A DNA stretch of 64,000 bases from an uncultured Candidatus Saccharibacteria bacterium. Lineage in GTDB: Bacteria > Patescibacteriota > Doudnabacteria > UBA920. Under the pieces are notes generated by a model that was not told where the DNA came from, did no database searches, and saw only the letters and a program-made list of their open reading frames with translations. The DNA lies in NCBI GenBank assembly GCA_964532425.1, contig CAZHIA010000002.1, forward strand, positions 169,798-233,797, given 5' to 3'. How positions within the stretch are numbered: position 1 is the first letter of the stretch; each line of letters begins with the position of its first letter. Positions 39,449-49,298 of the stretch are shown here, in pieces. The position numbers and the translations under genes are program-made.

Positions 39449-39796
39449 TTACCAAATCGGGTGTTTTGTTTCCACTTCGTTCTCGGGCTGCCATGGGGGA
39501 GTGGTTACGAGGATCATGTTGAATCTCCCTTTGTAGTAGATCCGGGTTTGAGGCTGGATAGTCAGAACATCGCCTGCGCTAACCGCCACTTCCTCATCGT
39601 CGAGGTAAAAAGTCCCGCCTCCGTCCAGCACAATGTAAGTGAACGTTGATGCCTTGTCGTAAAATTCCTGGTTGTGCCCGGTCTCCGTGGTGACGTGTAC
39701 CAGGCCCGATCCGCCAATGTTCGGGTAGACATCCAGCTTAATGTCGAACTTTTCTTTTTTGGGGATGTCCGCGGATTTGGTGAGATTATATTTCAT
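39449..39796 (-). CDS. Cupin-domain protein
   Basis: YIVLDGGG..V..GDVLTIQP; PPW. Confidence 0.8.
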   Translation of the reverse strand: MKYNLTKSADIPKKEKFDIKLDVYPNIGGSGLVHVTTETGHNQEFYDKASTFTYIVLDGGGTFYLDDEEVAVSAGDVLTIQPQTRIYYKGRFNMILVTTPPWQPENEVETKHPIW

Positions 39797-39818
39797 AGAA
39801 AGAAAATGATTGGTTGTC

Positions 39819-39863
39819 AACGCCAGTATAGCAGGTTGCCGAGAAAAGCTCGAGGTGTAAGAC
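39819..39863 (-). promoter_or_regulatory. Duplicated promoter, copy 1
   Basis: 41/45 identical to 42649-42693; on the minus strand TCGAGC-17-TATACT with TG extension. Confidence 0.7.
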
Positions 39864-39954
39864 CTGGTTGGAATCATTTTTGCCTCGGTGCGTAGTTGCT
39901 GGCTGCCCGCGCCGTGGCATTATTGTTTGCAACGGTAATTGACAGGTCCGGGGA

Positions 39955-40458
39955 TTATTGCGGCAAGTTCGACTGGCCGTGCTGAAGCCTCCAACCGTGT
40001 CCGGGTCCTGGGTTTTGAGTCTGACGGTAGAGGCCGCGCATGGGGCCTTTGTGCATCCATAGGGCATCCAGGCCGGTAGCATCAGTCAGCCAACCGGCAA
40101 TAAGAATGGACAGAATGACTCCTACAACAACCAGAAAAAAATTTCTTTTATAGGAAAAATCATATCGTTTGAGTAAGGAGAGGGTAATGGCGATCCCGGC
40201 CGCGGCCATCACGAATGCCCACCAGGGAAAAGACAGAAGTAGCATATTAAGGCGGACGCTGCCCATAGGTCCGTGCGATCGCAGGGAAAAAGCGATCAGA
40301 CTCGCTAGAAACGTTGAAAAAATTAGCGACCCGACCAGTCCGGTGATTCCTGCCACGGCCGCCATGAGAAAATGCCAGCGGGGTTTCATTTTTGCTGCAC
40401 CGCTTTCGATGGCTGTCATGACGGTTTCCATTACGCCTGTTGTTTGGTGGTTTGGCAT
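39955..40458 (-). CDS. Membrane protein, putative anti-sigma partner
   Basis: MKPRWHF, FPW, YDFSYK; overlaps the ECF sigma stop. Confidence 0.65.
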   Translation of the reverse strand: MPNHQTTGVMETVMTAIESGAAKMKPRWHFLMAAVAGITGLVGSLIFSTFLASLIAFSLRSHGPMGSVRLNMLLLSFPWWAFVMAAAGIAITLSLLKRYDFSYKRNFFLVVVGVILSILIAGWLTDATGLDALWMHKGPMRGLYRQTQNPGPGHGWRLQHGQSNLPQ

Positions 40459-40982
40459 ATTTTCTTCATTAATGCTTTTGCCCGGCTGATTCTCGTGCCG
40501 ACGGTACTTATTGGGATCCTCAAGATATCGCTGATCTCTTCGTACGATTTACCATCCAGGTAGTATAGAGATAGTGGTTCGGAAAAGAGCAGGGGAATTC
40601 CGTTCATGCAACGCGTGACCATGGCTTGCAGCTCACTCCGGGTGAGGTTTTCCGTAATGTCTTCTTCGCTGGGTAGCTCGAAATCATCCGGCAATTCGGT
40701 AAGATGTTTCCGTTTTCGAATTTCATTCAGGGCTTCGTTGTGGACGATGCGGTATAGCCATGACGAAAATTTCTTTTTGACGTTAAAGCCGTTGAGGTTT
40801 ATATACGCCTTGATCAGGCTGTTTTGTACGATATCTAGAGATTCCGCTTCGTCTTTCGCGATCGAGTTTGCGTAGCGAGTGAGCCTGTCCTGATAACGGG
40901 CAATAACCTCCCGGTACGATTCGGGGTTGCCGTTCCGTATATGCTCAACCAATTGTTCATCGCTGAGTTCCGAGATGTTCAT
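40431..40982 (-). CDS. ECF RNA polymerase sigma factor
   Basis: SDEQLV, DIVQ..IKAY, FSSWLYRIVHN, SYEEISDIL..STVGTRISRA. Confidence 0.93.
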   Translation of the reverse strand: MNISELSDEQLVEHIRNGNPESYREVIARYQDRLTRYANSIAKDEAESLDIVQNSLIKAYINLNGFNVKKKFSSWLYRIVHNEALNEIRKRKHLTELPDDFELPSEEDITENLTRSELQAMVTRCMNGIPLLFSEPLSLYYLDGKSYEEISDILRIPISTVGTRISRAKALMKKICQTTKQQA

Positions 40983-41067
40983 AAAATAAATGGTATCACA
41001 CGGTTGGTGTTTTGCAATATCAATATCCCGCCCGCTCCGGGCGGGATATTGATATTGACTGTCTCCA

Positions 41068-41436
41068 TTACCAACCGCAATGAGCCGTTCCGGCTCCTGA
41101 CCGAGGGTTGTGGCCAGTAGACAGCCCAAGCTGTTGCCGGATGGTGTTCGCTTCGGTGATTTTACCCTCTTCAGCGAGGCGGTGGGCTTGGGCAAATTGG
41201 GCGAAATTGTTTTCGTTGACGACAGTACTGGCTCTGCCCCTGCCTTGCATGAGCTGTTTCCAGGCATTATAATCGTTCGTTTCGAACGCTTTTTCCATGG
41301 CCGCGTGCCGGTCTGCGGTGTAGTTTGGGCCGGTCATGGCGGGGTTGCCCCGGTATGCCGAAGCGGAGTGCTCCAGTATGGCAATTGCCGCTATTGCCGC
41401 AATTGCGGACAGTCCAAGAATTTTCACTATACGCAT
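41068..41436 (-). CDS. Secreted helical protein of the ECF sigma cluster
   Basis: Signal peptide; AFETNDYNAWK, NENNFAQFAQAH. Confidence 0.7.
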   Translation of the reverse strand: MRIVKILGLSAIAAIAAIAILEHSASAYRGNPAMTGPNYTADRHAAMEKAFETNDYNAWKQLMQGRGRASTVVNENNFAQFAQAHRLAEEGKITEANTIRQQLGLSTGHNPRSGAGTAHCGW

Positions 41437-41594
41437 ATGTATGCTCCTGTTTATCTCGACCTTTGCTTCTATTACACTTCAGCAGCGGAATTTCTTCCTG
41501 GGATTTTGGTTTATCGAAAAAACCCTCACCACAGGGCGGGGGTTTGTCGTTCCTCAGGGTGTTTGAAAATCGCGGGTAGTAGAAGGACGAAGAT

Positions 41595-42599
41595 TTAAAC
41601 ATCCATCGGAGCGGAGAGCTCTTCCTGTTTAAGAGAGGCGGCGGGATGCTCCTGCAAATAGCCCAGGGTGGACAAACAACAGCTTACGAAGAACCTCTCC
41701 TGTTGTGATAAAGGTTGTTGGTGAATCAGGTCGTATATATGGCCCCAAGATTCGTGGTTACCATTTTCGGGGACCCCTTGGTTTTTGATATATTCATATA
41801 GTTTCGGAACAATGCGGCTCAGAACAGTCCGGTACACATCGGTTAGTTTTGCGGGGTTGAGGTGATAATCCTCAATGAGTTTGATCAGGCTAAAGTCGCT
41901 TTTGTCCCGATTCTCCTCCATCAAGTCACGGCCAATGTCCCATGCTGCCAGGAGTTGGTTGCGGTCTCGTTCTTTTTGTGTCCAGAGCTCTTCGCTTTGG
42001 CTTTGTTGCCGATCTGCCAAATGTCGAAGGTAAGCCAGGTTGAATGATTTACGGCCAAAATAATTTTCAACTTCTGCATCAAAGGTTTTCTGGTCGGGGG
42101 TTAAGGCCAGGCGCAGTTCCACGAGCGGCAGTTCTTTAATTTCAGGCGGCATATAGGGATCGTAGGTGCGCAGGATTTCTTCGGCCTCGGTTAGGAAATT
42201 CTGCAAGCTGGAGTAAATTTTTTCTTTGTTTTGTCCGTCCGCTCTCGCTACAACTTCCGGCCAGAAGACTTCGTCAATAAAGTTGTCCAAGATACGAACG
42301 GCTGCCGTGGATAGAAATTCCCGGCTGTTAAAATTATTGCTACGATGTGCGGAAGGCCCTACAAGATTATTCATGATGTAATAAAAATTGGCCTCGATAA
42401 TTTCCAAGCTGGGAGGGGAGTAGTGAGAAGCAAGAGTCGGGAAGTGGCGTCGCATGAGGTCTAAAAATTTTGCCCGCATTTCTTCGAACTCTTCGCGATC
42501 TTCGAATTCGAGTGATCCTTCCGGCAAGTTCGCTAAGAAGGCGTTGGCTTCCTTCTGGTTGGAAATACCTTGGCTGCTAAAATAACGTTCGTTGCGCAT
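41595..42599 (-). CDS. Hypothetical helical protein
   Basis: Long ORF; start re-called at MRNERYF, downstream of promoter copy 2. Confidence 0.7.
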   Translation of the reverse strand: MRNERYFSSQGISNQKEANAFLANLPEGSLEFEDREEFEEMRAKFLDLMRRHFPTLASHYSPPSLEIIEANFYYIMNNLVGPSAHRSNNFNSREFLSTAAVRILDNFIDEVFWPEVVARADGQNKEKIYSSLQNFLTEAEEILRTYDPYMPPEIKELPLVELRLALTPDQKTFDAEVENYFGRKSFNLAYLRHLADRQQSQSEELWTQKERDRNQLLAAWDIGRDLMEENRDKSDFSLIKLIEDYHLNPAKLTDVYRTVLSRIVPKLYEYIKNQGVPENGNHESWGHIYDLIHQQPLSQQERFFVSCCLSTLGYLQEHPAASLKQEELSAPMDV

Positions 42600-42648
42600 A
42601 AAGGGGATGAAAATGTATGATACGGGGTAAGGAAAATTACTGCCTGAT

Positions 42649-42693
42649 AACGCCAGTATAGCAGTTTGCCTTGAAAAGCTCGAGGAGTAAGAC
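42649..42693 (-). promoter_or_regulatory. Duplicated promoter, copy 2
   Basis: 41/45 identical to 39819-39863. Confidence 0.7.
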
Positions 42694-42745
42694 TTATTCC
42701 TAGTAGTTTCTTGCCGCAAGATAGGGGAATGGGTATTATAAAACT

Positions 42746-43195
42746 ATGTACAAACGCCTCTTTGCTACTTTCATTTTCATCGCCTATTGCGCGGTTCTGG
42801 TTAAATTATTGGTGTTCAAGGCTGTGTCATTTAGAATTGGCCATCTTATGCTCAATTTTTCCGGAGGCGGTACCGGACCGGCCAACTTTGTTCCGTTTCG
42901 GACCATCCTGCCGTACTTGCTCGGTGAGAAGGGGAGCGTGATAGCGTTTTTTGAACTGGCCGGCAATATTGGGTTATTGGTGCCGGTGGGATTTATTGCG
43001 CCTTTCGTTTTTAAAAACATGACATGGAAAAAAACCCTCCTGCTCGCACTAGCCGCCGGCCTTGTTCTGGAGGGAATGCAAGTGGTCCTGCGCGTTGGCA
43101 TATTCGACATTGACGATGTGATCCTGAATGCCCTGGGTGTTATGATTGGGTACTGGATATTTATACTTCTCGCAAAATGGGCGCGGTTTCGTTAA
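42746..43195 (+). CDS. VanZ family protein
   Basis: NFVPFRTI, GNIGLLVPVG, E..Q, FDIDDVILNALG. Confidence 0.9.
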   Translation: MYKRLFATFIFIAYCAVLVKLLVFKAVSFRIGHLMLNFSGGGTGPANFVPFRTILPYLLGEKGSVIAFFELAGNIGLLVPVGFIAPFVFKNMTWKKTLLLALAAGLVLEGMQVVLRVGIFDIDDVILNALGVMIGYWIFILLAKWARFR

Positions 43196-43268
43196 ACCTT
43201 GCTTAAATATTAAAACCCCTTGAAGGCCGTCTTCAAGGGGTTTTTGGTTTGGCAAGTATAGGAGTCTA

Positions 43269-44021
43269 TTATTTGATTTTCACTGACGTGCCGCCTTTAT
43301 AGCCATAAGTTAAGCCGCGCTCATTTACGGCAATAATGTTGACGGGGATTGATTTGCCTAATTGTTCATATAAACTATCGGCCAATGTAATATCACGGCT
43401 CGATAACGCTCCGTTTGTAACAAATCCATTCCCAAGTTCGCTGTCCTTTGCCACGCTCACGCCCCCATATTCGTCAGGATGGTTGTGGGCCAAGTCAACT
43501 CTGAGCACTTGCTTAGATTGAATTACTTTTTGAATGATCGCATCAGTTACCTGCTGGGATACTTCTAAACCACCGCTTAAAGCAACTTCTTTTATTACCC
43601 CCTGTTCTGTAAATGCAGACATTTGTAATATTTCAGTAAACTTGCCTTTTCCGATCCTGCGTGCCTGGCGGCAAAAAGCTTGTTCTAGTTCTGTCGCGGT
43701 CCGGATATATTCCAACCATCGTATATCAAAAAATGATCTTTCAATCCGTTCGAATTGTTTTAAAAAATCGGGGTGGGCGAGTATCAGATCCATTACGTTA
43801 GTTCTTTCCGAGCCTACATTGAACCTTGCCATTTGCTCCTTCCAAAACTGTATTTTTAGCTGCAGTTCTTCTTCACCTTCCGCTATTGCCCGTTGCACCT
43901 GCGGCAAAACAGCAATGCTTTCCAAGTAGGCAATGCTGGCTGGTTCTAATTGTACGCTTTGCTCAGAACATAATTCTGACCAAATATGTTCCTTGATAAA
44001 TTCACCATTATCATAATTCAT
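43269..44021 (-). CDS. Hypothetical protein with C-terminal JAB/MPN-like motif
   Basis: HNHP...LSSRD metal-binding pattern. Confidence 0.55.
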   Translation of the reverse strand: MNYDNGEFIKEHIWSELCSEQSVQLEPASIAYLESIAVLPQVQRAIAEGEEELQLKIQFWKEQMARFNVGSERTNVMDLILAHPDFLKQFERIERSFFDIRWLEYIRTATELEQAFCRQARRIGKGKFTEILQMSAFTEQGVIKEVALSGGLEVSQQVTDAIIQKVIQSKQVLRVDLAHNHPDEYGGVSVAKDSELGNGFVTNGALSSRDITLADSLYEQLGKSIPVNIIAVNERGLTYGYKGGTSVKIK

Positions 44022-44135
44022 GCATACAGTATAACAAATGGCACCTTCTTGCAGAAGATGCCATTTTTGGAAGACAGGTTGGATTAAAAAACCTCTGTTT
44101 TTTGGATAGGAAATTAGCGAGAGGTGGTCTCCCAT

Positions 44136-44783
44136 TTAAGAATTGAATTTTGGCCGATCTTGTTTGTGCCAGAGTTGGATGCAGTGTGTGTTTTCGCGAT
44201 TCCCTTCTGTCATTAAGGCATTGTTTGTGTGCATTTCTTTCCAATTTCCCCGTTCCGGTCTTCCGAGTGCTGCGGCAAACCGGTCTCTAAAAAACCTCGG
44301 TGCTCCTAAGCTTGCGTCCACAACCCACATTTGAGTTTCGATACTGAAAAACAGATATTGCCCGTCTTTCCGGTATAGGCTTTGGAGATCTTTAATGCTC
44401 GCAATCTCTTGCAATTTGTCGAGGCCTTCCGGCACGATCTGTAGCGGTGTACCTGAGAAGGGGAGAAGGTGTACGTGGGAATGGAATACTGTCTGCCCAA
44501 TTTTGCCGTGTTCAAAAGAGCTGACTGACCCATAATTCGACTTAATGAATTGCGAGACCTTTTCGTATGCTCCCATAAATTCGTTCAATAACTCTTCTGA
44601 ATATTCGCCCACACAGGAGAGGTGCTGTTTAGGGATAATCAAGATATGCCCCTCGGTTAAAGGGTGACGGTCGCAGACGATCCGAAGGTTTTTAGTTTCT
44701 TCGATAGAATCAATAAGGGTCTCCGAATGGGGATCGCAGTGGGGACAGCTGCTCTTGATGGCTTCCTCTGAAAGGTCTTTCAT
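44136..44783 (-). CDS. HIT family nucleotide hydrolase
   Basis: CPHC, PLTEGHILIIPKQH, FEHG, HSHVHLLP. Confidence 0.88.
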   Translation of the reverse strand: MKDLSEEAIKSSCPHCDPHSETLIDSIEETKNLRIVCDRHPLTEGHILIIPKQHLSCVGEYSEELLNEFMGAYEKVSQFIKSNYGSVSSFEHGKIGQTVFHSHVHLLPFSGTPLQIVPEGLDKLQEIASIKDLQSLYRKDGQYLFFSIETQMWVVDASLGAPRFFRDRFAAALGRPERGNWKEMHTNNALMTEGNRENTHCIQLWHKQDRPKFNS

Positions 44784-44805
44784 AGTAAATTAGTTTTTAA
44801 TAGCT

Positions 44806-45744
44806 CTATAGAGCGCGTAACATTTGTTCAGGCGTGAGTCTGCCGGCTTGTTCGGCCCGTTCGATAATTTTTTCTGCCAATTTAGTACCATCGTATTTGG
44901 ATAATTTGCGCGGGCCGGCGTAGTCTTCGGTCATAACTTTTGCTATGGCTCGGCCGGTCAGGCGCCGGTGGGAAATTTCTTCGCCGTTGAGAATCATGTC
45001 GAACCCACTGGGAGACCTGCCTTTCCGAGAACCGAGTACGACTCCTTGTTTATCCATTTCGGCTTTTATGATGGCCTGGACCTGTTTACCAACTTCAGGA
45101 TCCGGTACGTACACGACCACGCTGTCTGTATTGCCCAGCAGAACCTTGAGGTCATCTGCAAATTTCATTTTAATATCGACTCCTAAGGAATTGGCGAGTT
45201 CTTCAACTCGTGTCTGTGCTCGCAGCAACGCGTCATAAAACTTGATTGTTTCAGACAACAATTCGTTCGGTTCGTCGTTGGTGGGGACAAAAGTGGCGTA
45301 TTCCTTGTATTGCACCCGTGCCTGTTCGCCGCGTGGTCCATGGATGGTGCGCGGGTAGCTCGTGTCCTGCAAATGAGGATTGCTGACCTGCCAAAAGCTT
45401 TCTCCATTGCCTTTTTCTCCCTTCAATCCTAGTTTTTCTCTGAACATCTTTTTTGTCGTTTCGGTGATTTTTTCAAACTGCCTTAACTGCATTTCCGAGA
45501 ATTTGGAGAGAATTTCATTGACCTGTTCCTGGGACAGACGAGTCTCTAAGCATCCTGAGACGTCTGCTGCCATGACCCGGTAGAATTTATCGGAATTAGT
45601 CTTTTCACCTGCTTTATAAAAATGTTGGATATGCTGCAAAGTCATATCTGCAGCAGGCTTGATAGATGCGGGAGAAAGCCCTCCCCGCGACTCTATCGTG
45701 TATTGCCTTTCCATTTGATTTCTGTACTCTGGCAGCATAGTCAT
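44806..45744 (-). CDS. Hypothetical protein
   Basis: 312-aa ORF co-oriented with the HIT gene (22-bp gap). Confidence 0.7.
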   Translation of the reverse strand: MTMLPEYRNQMERQYTIESRGGLSPASIKPAADMTLQHIQHFYKAGEKTNSDKFYRVMAADVSGCLETRLSQEQVNEILSKFSEMQLRQFEKITETTKKMFREKLGLKGEKGNGESFWQVSNPHLQDTSYPRTIHGPRGEQARVQYKEYATFVPTNDEPNELLSETIKFYDALLRAQTRVEELANSLGVDIKMKFADDLKVLLGNTDSVVVYVPDPEVGKQVQAIIKAEMDKQGVVLGSRKGRSPSGFDMILNGEEISHRRLTGRAIAKVMTEDYAGPRKLSKYDGTKLAEKIIERAEQAGRLTPEQMLRAL

Positions 45745-46003
45745 ATATAACGGATTTTGTGTGAAGATCGTACTGAGTAGACCTTCATATAAGGTTTGAT
45801 TATTAATAGCGTATACCCAACTTTTCTTATAATCAAGCGTCCTTGAAGGAAATTTGTCATGATGAACGAAGATGGTTTTTGGACAGCCGGTATTGCTTTT
45901 GATTTTTTTGTAAAAAAAAGACCTAAAAAGGCCAGTTAAACTTTAAGAGGGTGAAGCGGTGGGCACGTCGTACTTTCCGTGCCCACCACCCTCGGAGTAT
46001 CCG

Positions 46004-46393
46004 CTAGTAGTAGCCTTGGAAGTGTTCCAATGACGCCCAGAGGTGTTCGTCTATGACTTCTAACAGGCTTGACCTGTTCAGTGTCAAAAAATCCATGATT
46101 GCCGTACCGACAGAACACAATCGAACTGGTTGTCCGAGGACGGCCATTCTTTTCACTACCCCCAGAATGGTGCCTAGCCCGGCCGAATCCATGCCCTCCA
46201 AGTCTTTGAGCTCGATGATGAGCCCGTAAGGCTCAACATCTTTTTCTCCATTTTTTACTCGTTCGTTGATGGATGTGGCCAGTCCAGCAGGGTATTGGAA
46301 GGTGCCTGTTGTCACGGCTACCAAATTGAAGACCCCGCTGAGTGACAGCACCATTACTCGGCCGTGGTAAGATTCTTTTACTGCGAAACTCAT
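46004..46393 (-). CDS. STAS-domain anti-anti-sigma-like protein
   Basis: MDSAGLG phospho-Ser motif; AAGGAGG SD. Confidence 0.75.
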   Translation of the reverse strand: MSFAVKESYHGRVMVLSLSGVFNLVAVTTGTFQYPAGLATSINERVKNGEKDVEPYGLIIELKDLEGMDSAGLGTILGVVKRMAVLGQPVRLCSVGTAIMDFLTLNRSSLLEVIDEHLWASLEHFQGYY

Positions 46394-46601
46394 GATGACC
46401 TCCTTACATGTTGCGGTTGGGGTAGAAGTTATTGAGCTGCGCTCTGCGAGCGAAGGACAATGCTACTACCATTGTACTACCTCACGAACAGGCAATAATA
46501 TCATTTAATCGCGTATAGGTCAAAAGCAAACGGGGGATATGGTCTATTGTTGTTTGATCCTTTGGTCATAAGGTGGGACTAGGCTAATTCCTGCTGCGCT
46601 C

Positions 46602-46630
46602 TTGAAAAAAAACCAGCATTATGGTAAACT
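46602..46630 (+). promoter_or_regulatory. Putative tRNA promoter
   Basis: TTGAAA-17-TAAACT. Confidence 0.5.
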
Positions 46631-46682
46631 ATGAAAGCTACAAATTGATATATTTGTGAATTAACAAATTTGTTAATTATCT

Positions 46683-46757
46683 GGCCCATTCGTCTAGTGG
46701 CTAGGACATCTGGTTTTCAGCCAGGTAACGGGGGTTCGATTCCCCCATGGGCTACCA
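46683..46757 (+). tRNA. tRNA-Glu(TTC)
   Basis: GGCCCAT/ATGGGCT acceptor stem, TCTGG-TTTTCAG-CCAGG anticodon arm, GGGGG-TTCGATT-CCCCC T-arm, encoded CCA. Confidence 0.96.
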
Positions 46758-48258
46758 TCGATTTTTTACCACCCGAAAGGGTGGTTTTCGATTGGAAGAT
46801 ATGCGAGATTTTTGGGGTTGTAAATGTTAAATAGTTGTATACCGGCTTTTCCGGAAAGATCAAACCCATAAGCTTTGTCTTTTGCCAAAAGGTTGCCTGT
46901 CTCCAGTAGTTCGGCAGTTGCTCAATAAAGTTAAATACGAAAGTTACCGCTTCATCGATATCGAATTCTTCCAGGCGAGTTTCCCGGAGTTGGCTCTCCT
47001 TGTCGGCGATCTTCATTTTGACCGCTTCGAATTCGGTTTTAAAATCTTCGTCCGAGATGAGTCCGGTTTTTACCAGGCTAAATACTTTGGCCTTTTCTAA
47101 TTTAAGCTCATCGATCTCAGTTCGCAAAGTTGCGTAATGCTGGTTAAGGTCCGAATACTTGCCTTGCCATACATCCAAAATAACTTCTTTAAATGCGTTC
47201 AAGAGATCTTTCTTTGGGGTGATGTCCTCTAAAAATTTAGCGAACTCCTCTTCCAGTTTGGCTTTGGGTACAGACTTTTTGTAAGCGCATTGTTTGTAAT
47301 AGCAGCGGTAATACGGATAGCGAACACCTAACTTACCCACGCTGTACATAGCCGTTAAAGGTCTTCCGCAATAACTGCAAATAATCATATTCCTTAAAGG
47401 GAATTCCGCGTCATGCCGGGCATTGGCAATATATTGGCCTTTGGTGTAATGTCTTAATAACTTTTGGTTTTTGTAAAAAGTTTCCTCGCTGATCAAGGCT
47501 TCATGGGTTCCCCGGAATTCCTTACCGGCGTATTCAATTACGCCCATGTAGAATTTGCTGGACAGGAACTTATGCATGAGCTGGGCCGTAATTTCGCCGC
47601 CTAATGGGGTTTTTAAGCCGCGCGCGGTAACTTGTTTCCTTAACTCTTCTTCCGTCCAAATGCCGGTGGAAAATTCGTTTAAAAGATATTTAACCAACTC
47701 GGACCGCTCCGGATCTAAAATGATGGTCTTTTCTCCGTTTGGTTTTGTAAAATTCAAATAGCCCAATGTAACCCGATGCGGAAAGCGGCCGGATTCGGCG
47801 CATCTGATCATGCCTTCCTTTACGCGCTCGCTTTTAATGTCGTTATCGAATTGGGCAATGCTGGCCATCATGTTGCCCATAAGTCTTCCGGATGAAGTTT
47901 CGTCTACCGGCTCGGTAGCAGATAATATTTGCACATCCAAACCTTTGAAAAAAGACTTAATTTGATAGTAGTCTTCCGCGTTACGGGTTAAGCGGTCAAT
48001 TTTGTAAACCACTATGCAATTTATATTGTTCTTTTTACTAGCGCAAAATTTAAGCATATCCTGCAAGCCCGGACGGTCCGTAGTTTTGGCCGATTCACCT
48101 GCATCGGAAAAATATTTAACAATTTTAAAATTATTACTCTCCGCGAATTTCCTACAAACTTCTTTTTGGTTGTTTAAACTAAATCCGCGTTCGGCCTGGT
48201 CCGAAGTGGAAACGCGATAATAAATTACAGCTTTTTTATTGCCAATATTTTTTATCAT
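46717..48258 (-). CDS. Large serine recombinase
   Basis: VIYYRVSTSDQ catalytic Ser, KIDRLTRN, zinc ribbon CSYC..YYRC, coiled coil; last codons lie antisense within the tRNA. Confidence 0.95.
   Translation of the reverse strand: MIKNIGNKKAVIYYRVSTSDQAERGFSLNNQKEVCRKFAESNNFKIVKYFSDAGESAKTTDRPGLQDMLKFCASKKNNINCIVVYKIDRLTRNAEDYYQIKSFFKGLDVQILSATEPVDETSSGRLMGNMMASIAQFDNDIKSERVKEGMIRCAESGRFPHRVTLGYLNFTKPNGEKTIILDPERSELVKYLLNEFSTGIWTEEELRKQVTARGLKTPLGGEITAQLMHKFLSSKFYMGVIEYAGKEFRGTHEALISEETFYKNQKLLRHYTKGQYIANARHDAEFPLRNMIICSYCGRPLTAMYSVGKLGVRYPYYRCYYKQCAYKKSVPKAKLEEEFAKFLEDITPKKDLLNAFKEVILDVWQGKYSDLNQHYATLRTEIDELKLEKAKVFSLVKTGLISDEDFKTEFEAVKMKIADKESQLRETRLEEFDIDEAVTFVFNFIEQLPNYWRQATFWQKTKLMGLIFPEKPVYNYLTFTTPKISHIFQSKTTLSGGKKSMVAHGGIEPPLPG
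46768..46788 (+). terminator. Island-supplied terminator for tRNA-Glu, embedded in the recombinase CDS
   Basis: ACCACCC-GAAA-GGGTGGT-TTT immediately after the CCA. Confidence 0.65.
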
Positions 48259-48411
48259 AATTGCATAGTTAAATGCTAAAGGGGCGGCCCCTGATTCACC
48301 CAACTCAACTGTTCCAAAAGGAATAGCTTTGCTGGCAAGGACCGCCCCTAAAGGCAGTAAAGCAAATAAAAACCTTTCGGAACTATTTAATTGAGTGGGT
48401 GAATATTCATA

Positions 48412-48606
48412 TTATACCTCAACCCACCTGACTTCGACAAGTACCTCTACCCATCTTTTTTCGTCATCCAGCCTTTTCTTCTTCCAAAAGTCAAAAGCCA
48501 TATCAGCAATCTGATACATTTGCATCCGGATTAATTCGGTTTCTTCATCGGAAAGCTCCGATCCGGCATGGCCTAATAATTTTTTGAATTTTGTTAAAGT
48601 TATCAT
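48412..48606 (-). CDS. Small helical protein upstream of the recombinase (candidate directionality factor)
   Basis: 64 aa, adjacent to the upstream gene; function inferred from position only. Confidence 0.6.
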   Translation of the reverse strand: MITLTKFKKLLGHAGSELSDEETELIRMQMYQIADMAFDFWKKKRLDDEKRWVEVLVEVRWVEV

Positions 48607-48607
48607 T

Positions 48608-49177
48608 CTAAAATCCGATCCTCGATAATTGTTCGAATAAATTATCCAGTTTTATTTGCTTCTTCGTAGGCTTTCCCCGGTAATGAGTTTTAGTTATTTT
48701 TTCAGATAACTTGCTTATTTTTTGGTCCAGTTCAAAACCTTTCAGAATGTGAGGTCCCCGGAATTTTTTGCTTAAGTTCTTTGAGGCATAAACCAGCCGC
48801 TGGCAATGCCTACAGCAGAAATAGGCACCGTTTTTTGCTTTGTAGAGTACTCCCACGCGCTTGCCACAGGCTATAACCGGGCATAAAAACCACCAGCGGA
48901 ATCCTCCGTAAAAACATTTTGACCGGGCAAGTGATATGTTATAATCAATCCGTTTTTTACCCTCCTCGGGGTATATGTCATAAACGATCCGGAGATGGGG
49001 CTTTTGTTGATTTTCAAAGCTTGTCTGGATCGCAGCCATAAATTCATCGGCAGACAGCCACTCGGTCCAGGTAATAACTCCAGCCTTCTCCTCCTTCAAA
49101 TATTTATGCTGGCCCAGCCACCAAATTGAAATTTTGAAAGTTTCAAAATTTGAGAGAGAAGAAGAGGAAGACCCCAT
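48608..49177 (-). CDS. Island-associated zinc-binding protein
   Basis: RWWFLCP..CGKRVGVLY..CRHC..L.YAS. Confidence 0.75.
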   Translation of the reverse strand: MGSSSSSLSNFETFKISIWWLGQHKYLKEEKAGVITWTEWLSADEFMAAIQTSFENQQKPHLRIVYDIYPEEGKKRIDYNISLARSKCFYGGFRWWFLCPVIACGKRVGVLYKAKNGAYFCCRHCQRLVYASKNLSKKFRGPHILKGFELDQKISKLSEKITKTHYRGKPTKKQIKLDNLFEQLSRIGF

Positions 49178-49298
49178 ATTTTACCCATTTGTGGTTCCAA
49201 AAAACCGAAATCATTAGAGATCACAACGGCGAAAAAGGTTTATTGAATAAATTTACTCATTTTTTGCCTTTAACACAGTGTCAGATTTGCTTTATTGA

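Noticed and set aside
31900-46400. Integron cassette array
   Set aside because: There is no tyrosine integrase and no repeated attC-like sites, and gene orientations are mixed.
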